Origin: an uncultured delta proteobacterium
GTDB taxonomy: Bacteria; Desulfobacterota; Binatia; UBA9968
DNA length: 64,000 bases
NCBI GenBank assembly: GCA_963745835.1
Contig: CAVUZH010000014.1
Coordinates: 288,001 to 352,000 of the forward strand
Direction: 5' to 3'
The translations under genes and the position numbers were made by a program. This document shows positions 60,219 through 64,000 of this stretch, one piece after another. The notes beneath the pieces were generated by a model that saw only the letters and a program-made list of their open reading frames with translations, did no database searches and was not told the origin of the DNA. Within the stretch, counting starts at the first letter, position 1. Each line of letters begins with the position of its first letter.

Positions 60219-60272
60219 AGTGCCTTAGAGATTGCGGCAACAGAGCACTTTCATTTCTCATCCAAAGCATCC

Positions 60273-60428
60273 GATGTCTTTCGACGTTCGCTTGAAAATC
60301 GGCCTCCCGGAGAGCTTGCGAAAATTTCTCGTGCTCGATACGTGCAATGCCTAATTCCCTTTCCGTATCACTTCCGTGTAATCAGGGAAGTCACCATCGA
60401 TGAGCCGCAGCCAGATCGTCTGCTGCTT
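60273..60428 (-). pseudogene. dnaN: Decayed internal fragment of DNA polymerase III beta clamp
   Basis: IWLRLIDGDFPDYTEVIRKGN*, then frameshifted IARIEHEKFSQALR and SSER, colinear with the DnaN domain II/III junction. Confidence 0.75.
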
Positions 60429-60523
60429 TCATAGCGCATTCTAGGCTGAACAGTCTTCTAAAGTTCGTTTGTCATCACGAAACGCTTGCCTTTGTCGAAT
60501 TCTGTCATGCGAGTCGCTGGTGG

Positions 60524-60559
60524 CTTTCCTGCATGGGCCTACTTTCCTGCATGGGCCTA
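60524..60559. repeat. Perfect 18-bp tandem duplication
   Basis: CTTTCCTGCATGGGCCTA x2. Confidence 0.9.
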
Positions 60560-60575
60560 ATTGGTGGGATCTCAC

Positions 60576-60591
60576 TGGTGCATTTATTGCA
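60576..60591 (+). promoter_or_regulatory. sigma54 promoter motif
   Basis: TGGTGCATTTATTGCA (GG-N10-GC). Confidence 0.55.
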
Positions 60592-60665
60592 CAATCACGT
60601 GGAAGCGCCGCTAAAGCGCAATCCCTATTTATCACAAATCGTAAAAAGGAGCCGTCCTAGGAAGC

Positions 60666-61028
60666 ATGAAGACATCTAAACCAATCACAGGTCGCAATTC
60701 ATTGCTGTTCGTAATTGGCCTAGTCGTATTGTTTGGTCTAAACGGTTGTGCTGGCGGATCGCTCACTACCCGGGAAAAAGGTGCAGGAATTGGCGCTGTG
60801 GGAGGCGCAGGCGCCGGAGCGCTTATCGGAAGTGCGGTTGGACGAACCGGTGCTGGAGCAGCAATTGGCGGAGTTCTGGGGCTAGGTGCGGGAGCCTTGG
60901 TCGGCGATCAGCTCCAAGCTCAAGAAAATATCAACCAGCAGCAACAGCAACAAATCCAAGCGAATCAGGCTGAAGTCGAGCGTCAACGATTAGAGCTTCA
61001 CCGCATGAAGCAGCAGCGAGAATATTAA
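60666..61028 (+). CDS. Glycine-zipper lipoprotein (OsmB/YMGG-like)
   Basis: LNGC lipobox, GAGIGAVGGAGAGALIG..GAAIGG, Gln-rich coiled coil. Confidence 0.9.
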   Translation: MKTSKPITGRNSLLFVIGLVVLFGLNGCAGGSLTTREKGAGIGAVGGAGAGALIGSAVGRTGAGAAIGGVLGLGAGALVGDQLQAQENINQQQQQQIQANQAEVERQRLELHRMKQQREY

Positions 61029-61475
61029 CCCCTAGAACGGATAAGAGTAGCCCTCATTTCACATAGGTCGATTCAGCACCGGCACCAGCCTCTTTCCGCT
61101 GTGGCACGTGAGTCCAGATCACTGGTCGTGGCCCACTCACATTACCTGCTGAGATCTCCAGCAGCGACACACGCGTCCTCACTCAAGCCAGTGATTCTAG
61201 CCGCCCACTGCCGCGGTGTTCCCCCGTGCCAATGGCTACGCCCATCTCTTCGGAATCAATCAGTGAAATGTTCGCTCGCAGTAACGACAGCGATCACCGC
61301 AGCCGAATCCTTTCGAGCAACGCAACGCTTGCTGTCGAACTTAATCAGAGAGCTAGTCCTTACCGCCAGATAGCTGCTGGACGGAGTGCGCGTATATATC
61401 GGTTCGCAAACTGGACCCGGCTGCGCCTGCCGCCGGGGTATGTTTCGAGATTCCACCCGGCGGTAGTACACTAAC

Positions 61476-61871
61476 CTATGACTGGTTGATTACAGTGCTG
61501 CGCACGAGGAGCAGGCTAGCTACTGATTTCGTATGCACCAAACGGATGAAGCTATCAGAGTGATAATTGCTGCCTGAGATGATTAACGCCTCTTCCTTAT
61601 GGTTGGACCCAATGTGGCGAAGAAGTGCGGACCACTTTAAGCTTCCAACTCTTCGGCGCGCAGCTAAATGGTCAAGGTTTCGCCCAGCATACGAGTAAGG
61701 TCGCACGATTTCTCTAAAGCGATGGCGTGAAAGAATCATGGAGCCGGGAAAAGGTAGGAATCGCCAGCGCGGCTTCTTCAACCAGGTGAGAACGTGCTTC
61801 ACAGAGAAACAAGCAAGGACCGCCACAGATACAACAACGAACGACGCTGCAATCATCACGTCCCATACCAT
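61476..61871 (-). CDS. Hypothetical protein with N-terminal TM helix (possibly degenerate)
   Basis: GGAGGAGG RBS; hydrophobic N-terminus followed by basic residues. Confidence 0.5.
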   Translation of the reverse strand: MVWDVMIAASFVVVSVAVLACFSVKHVLTWLKKPRWRFLPFPGSMILSRHRFREIVRPYSYAGRNLDHLAARRRVGSLKWSALLRHIGSNHKEEALIISGSNYHSDSFIRLVHTKSVASLLLVRSTVINQS

Positions 61872-61944
61872 TGGAGCAACCTCCTCCTGACTGACACCCG
61901 TAGGCGAACGAAAGAGACGCTTTTGATCACAAATTCCTATCCTA

Positions 61945-62085
61945 TCAAGGTGTAATCGATATGTTCGACTTTTCAGTTTTCATAAATCGCCTATCGATTA
62001 AATTCGCTAGGAAATAGCCGATGAGCGCCGAAGCCGCGACGCCTAGGACCGCTGCAATGAGGAAATAGCTCAACAGTACCGTCAT
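61945..62085 (-). CDS. 46-aa single-TM small protein (not in ORF track)
   Basis: AGGAG RBS; MTVLLSYFLIAAVLGVAASALIGYFLANLIDRRFMKTEKSNISITP*. Confidence 0.65.
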   Translation of the reverse strand: MTVLLSYFLIAAVLGVAASALIGYFLANLIDRRFMKTEKSNISITP

Positions 62086-62312
62086 ATGTTCTTCTCCTGG
62101 CCCAAAGTTTTGGGCCTCGCCGGCGCAGCGCCCTTTGATAGCTTCTCAAAGATGGGCACAACGCTGTCGCTGCGCAGCGAGGGCGCGGTTAATAGCACAA
62201 CGGCTACGGGTGAATCAAGTGCCAGCAACCCAGTGTGCAGCTCTAGGGTCTCAGCTTGCCGTAGTAACGCCGCGTCATATATCATCACTGAAGAAATCAG
62301 GAGAGAACAACT

Positions 62313-62696
62313 ATGCGTGGAAAGCCATTTCAAGTAGGCGGAGTTATAAACTTTGCAAACGGCGAAGAGACAAAAGACATTCAGTTACCGAAGATAGCTA
62401 AGGATAGGCTGTTTGTTGTGGAGTTTGTCGGCATAAACGGTTTTGTGCAGCAGAATCAAACTCTCTTTGTGTCGCTTGAAGTCTACACGAACTTCGTTCC
62501 AGGTATTTACCCAATCGTCACAAGCGGAACCTCGACTATTTCAGATCCTGCTTTTCCAGGTAGAAGATTTGGAGGTCAACGGGTACTGCTTTATGCAGAC
62601 CCCGATAGCCAAATTATAGTCACTGCAGCCCGACACAATGGTAATGCGGAAGCTCGGATTTTCGTGGACATCTCTGGGAGGCTCATCAAACCTTAA
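62313..62696 (+). CDS. Hypothetical beta-rich protein
   Basis: AGGAGA RBS, alternating hydrophobic pattern, 127 aa. Confidence 0.7.
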   Translation: MRGKPFQVGGVINFANGEETKDIQLPKIAKDRLFVVEFVGINGFVQQNQTLFVSLEVYTNFVPGIYPIVTSGTSTISDPAFPGRRFGGQRVLLYADPDSQIIVTAARHNGNAEARIFVDISGRLIKP

Positions 62697-62924
62697 TCGT
62701 CACACCGAAGCGCGCAAAACTTGCACGTTGAGTCAGTACAAGCTCACTAATCTTTGGCAGCTCACCCGATGTTTATGTCAGGGTGTGAGTTGCTTGGAGC
62801 TGTTTAATGGAAGAGCTCAGCGGTTCGACATTGAGGTTCGCGATTTCCGGTGAGATATTCAAGACGAAGTAGGCCGAGTTCTGCAGCTAGCTAGGGAGTG
62901 CACAACGCACGAGCCTTGAACCGT

Positions 62925-63015
62925 GTGAAGGATCAGGTAGACCATAGCTCAACTAACATGACAGTGGACATCTCTAGGCATTTGGTACAGGGCGGCAATC
63001 GTCAATAAGTTGGAC
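62925..63015 (+). pseudogene. C-terminal remnant of tyrosine integrase
   Basis: VKDQVDHSSTNMTVDISRHLVQGGNRQ* / VNKLD resembles box II (VKxQLGHSSIxxTVDxYGHL); catalytic Tyr reads Ser. Confidence 0.75.
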
Positions 63016-63115
63016 TACGCGCTACCGGCACCCGCCAGAAACAAGATTGGAACCCAATAGGGGGAGACAACTGTAAAGAAGATTAGACTTTCGGGAAGTA
63101 AGTTTTTGAAAACGA

Positions 63116-63160
63116 TGGCGCGCCCGGAGGGATTCGAACCCCCAGCCCTCAGATCCGAAG
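63116..63160 (-). mobile_element. att site: 3' half of tRNA-Arg (anticodon TCG)
   Basis: CTTCGGA TCTGA GGGCT GGGGG TTCGAAT CCCTC CGGGCGC G CCA; no 5' half (anticodon stem partner and D-arm missing). Confidence 0.85.
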
Positions 63161-63563
63161 AATGGCGCAAGACAGAACAGGATGGATTCAGGCGAGGAAT
63201 TACGCCGCGAAATGCCGGTCCACCCCACTTTCTTTGCACCTGAGTTCATGCCGTTGCATCCAGATTTGGAGACAAGTTGGAGACAATTACAGATCGAGGA
63301 GAGCGCAGCCGCGGCGCGAGGTCTAACGACACGACTTATGCTCAGGTTAACCACTGCTCAGCGCAGCCCCTTGCTTTATTCGCTGGGGGTCGTCAACTGC
63401 CGGGAAAGACGCACGTGAAAAAAGGAAAAATGTCGTTGGGGTTGCGCAAAGGAACCGGAACCCGAAGCGAGATTCGTGGGAACTGCTGGCGCAATTGGAA
63501 TCGAATCTATGCCGATCGGAAGCAAAAAGAGGCAGCTGCAGAGAAGAAGCCGTTGAGTTTAGC

Positions 63564-63979
63564 TGTATAAGTCAATACCTGATCTGACAGTCGATTGGAT
63601 GAGTTCCTCGTCGTCAGTCATGTTTTCATTCCTCCACTCACGCCGCAATCATTTTTTCTTTGGCCAAAGGTATGCTATTGCTAATGTTTGCATTGGAGTT
63701 TCTCCGTAGCACCACCTGCCCTGGGTGGGGACGTTCTTCGTTGTAGAGCTTCAGCCATGAATCCAGATCGGCTTGAAGTTCATCAAGTGTCCTATAGATC
63801 TTCTTGCGAAACGCTACCCGGTAGAACTCATTGAGAACGTTCTTGTGAAAGCGTTCACAGATGCCATTGGTCTGGGGGCTCTTGATCTTGGTTCGCGTGT
63901 GATCGATATTTTCCACCGCCAGGTACAATTCATATTCGTGACCATCTGTTCCGCAGTACTCTGTTCCCCGATCTGTTAG
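63564..63979 (-). mobile_element. IS481-family transposase 3' remnant with terminal repeat
   Basis: LTDRGTEYCG...SPQTNGICERFH; compensating frameshifts around HQGRWCYG; upstream in-frame stop; end TGTATAAGTCAATACCTGATCTGACAG. Confidence 0.88.
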
Positions 63980-64000
63980 CTAGAGCTTGGCCATGGAGAC

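Noticed and set aside
63116-63200. Intact tRNA-Arg gene
   Set aside because: No 5' acceptor strand, D-arm or anticodon-stem partner; treated as an att fragment
1-64000. CRISPR array, rRNA, retron/RT or defence operon
   Set aside because: No regularly spaced repeats, rRNA signatures or RT/nuclease motifs seen

Overview
A 64-kb bacterial chromosome segment. The many stand-alone SsuA/NMT1- and Bug-type solute-binding proteins, class III CoA-transferases and ThDP enzymes resemble Ca. Binatia/'Deltaproteobacteria' MAGs, though that assignment is inference only. Recognisable content: catabolic mini-clusters (FAD monooxygenase + amidohydrolase; BbsEF-like CoA-transferase pair + crotonase; deacetylase-ThDP-SDR-tctCAB), opgGH, three ExeA-type AAA ATPases each with a different envelope-binding C-terminus, MscS, an MltD-like transglycosylase, an orphan glmL, Prx/GST, and a stress-type block with sigma54 motifs. 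The right end is a decayed integration hotspot: a tRNA-Arg 3' half, a dead tyrosine-integrase tail, an IS481 remnant and a dnaN fragment. Reading below the 60-aa ORF cutoff gave the best leads. These are a metallothionein with a perfect operator-like palindrome, and a 54-aa microprotein whose CxCxHxxH-x4-C-x10-CxxC-x2/3-H spacing recurs in an 83-aa ORF 1.5 kb away. Both copies of that motif lie downstream of sigma54 motifs, and I do not recognise it as a described family. GTTCAA micro-arrays also recur just 3' of genes, always on the sense strand.
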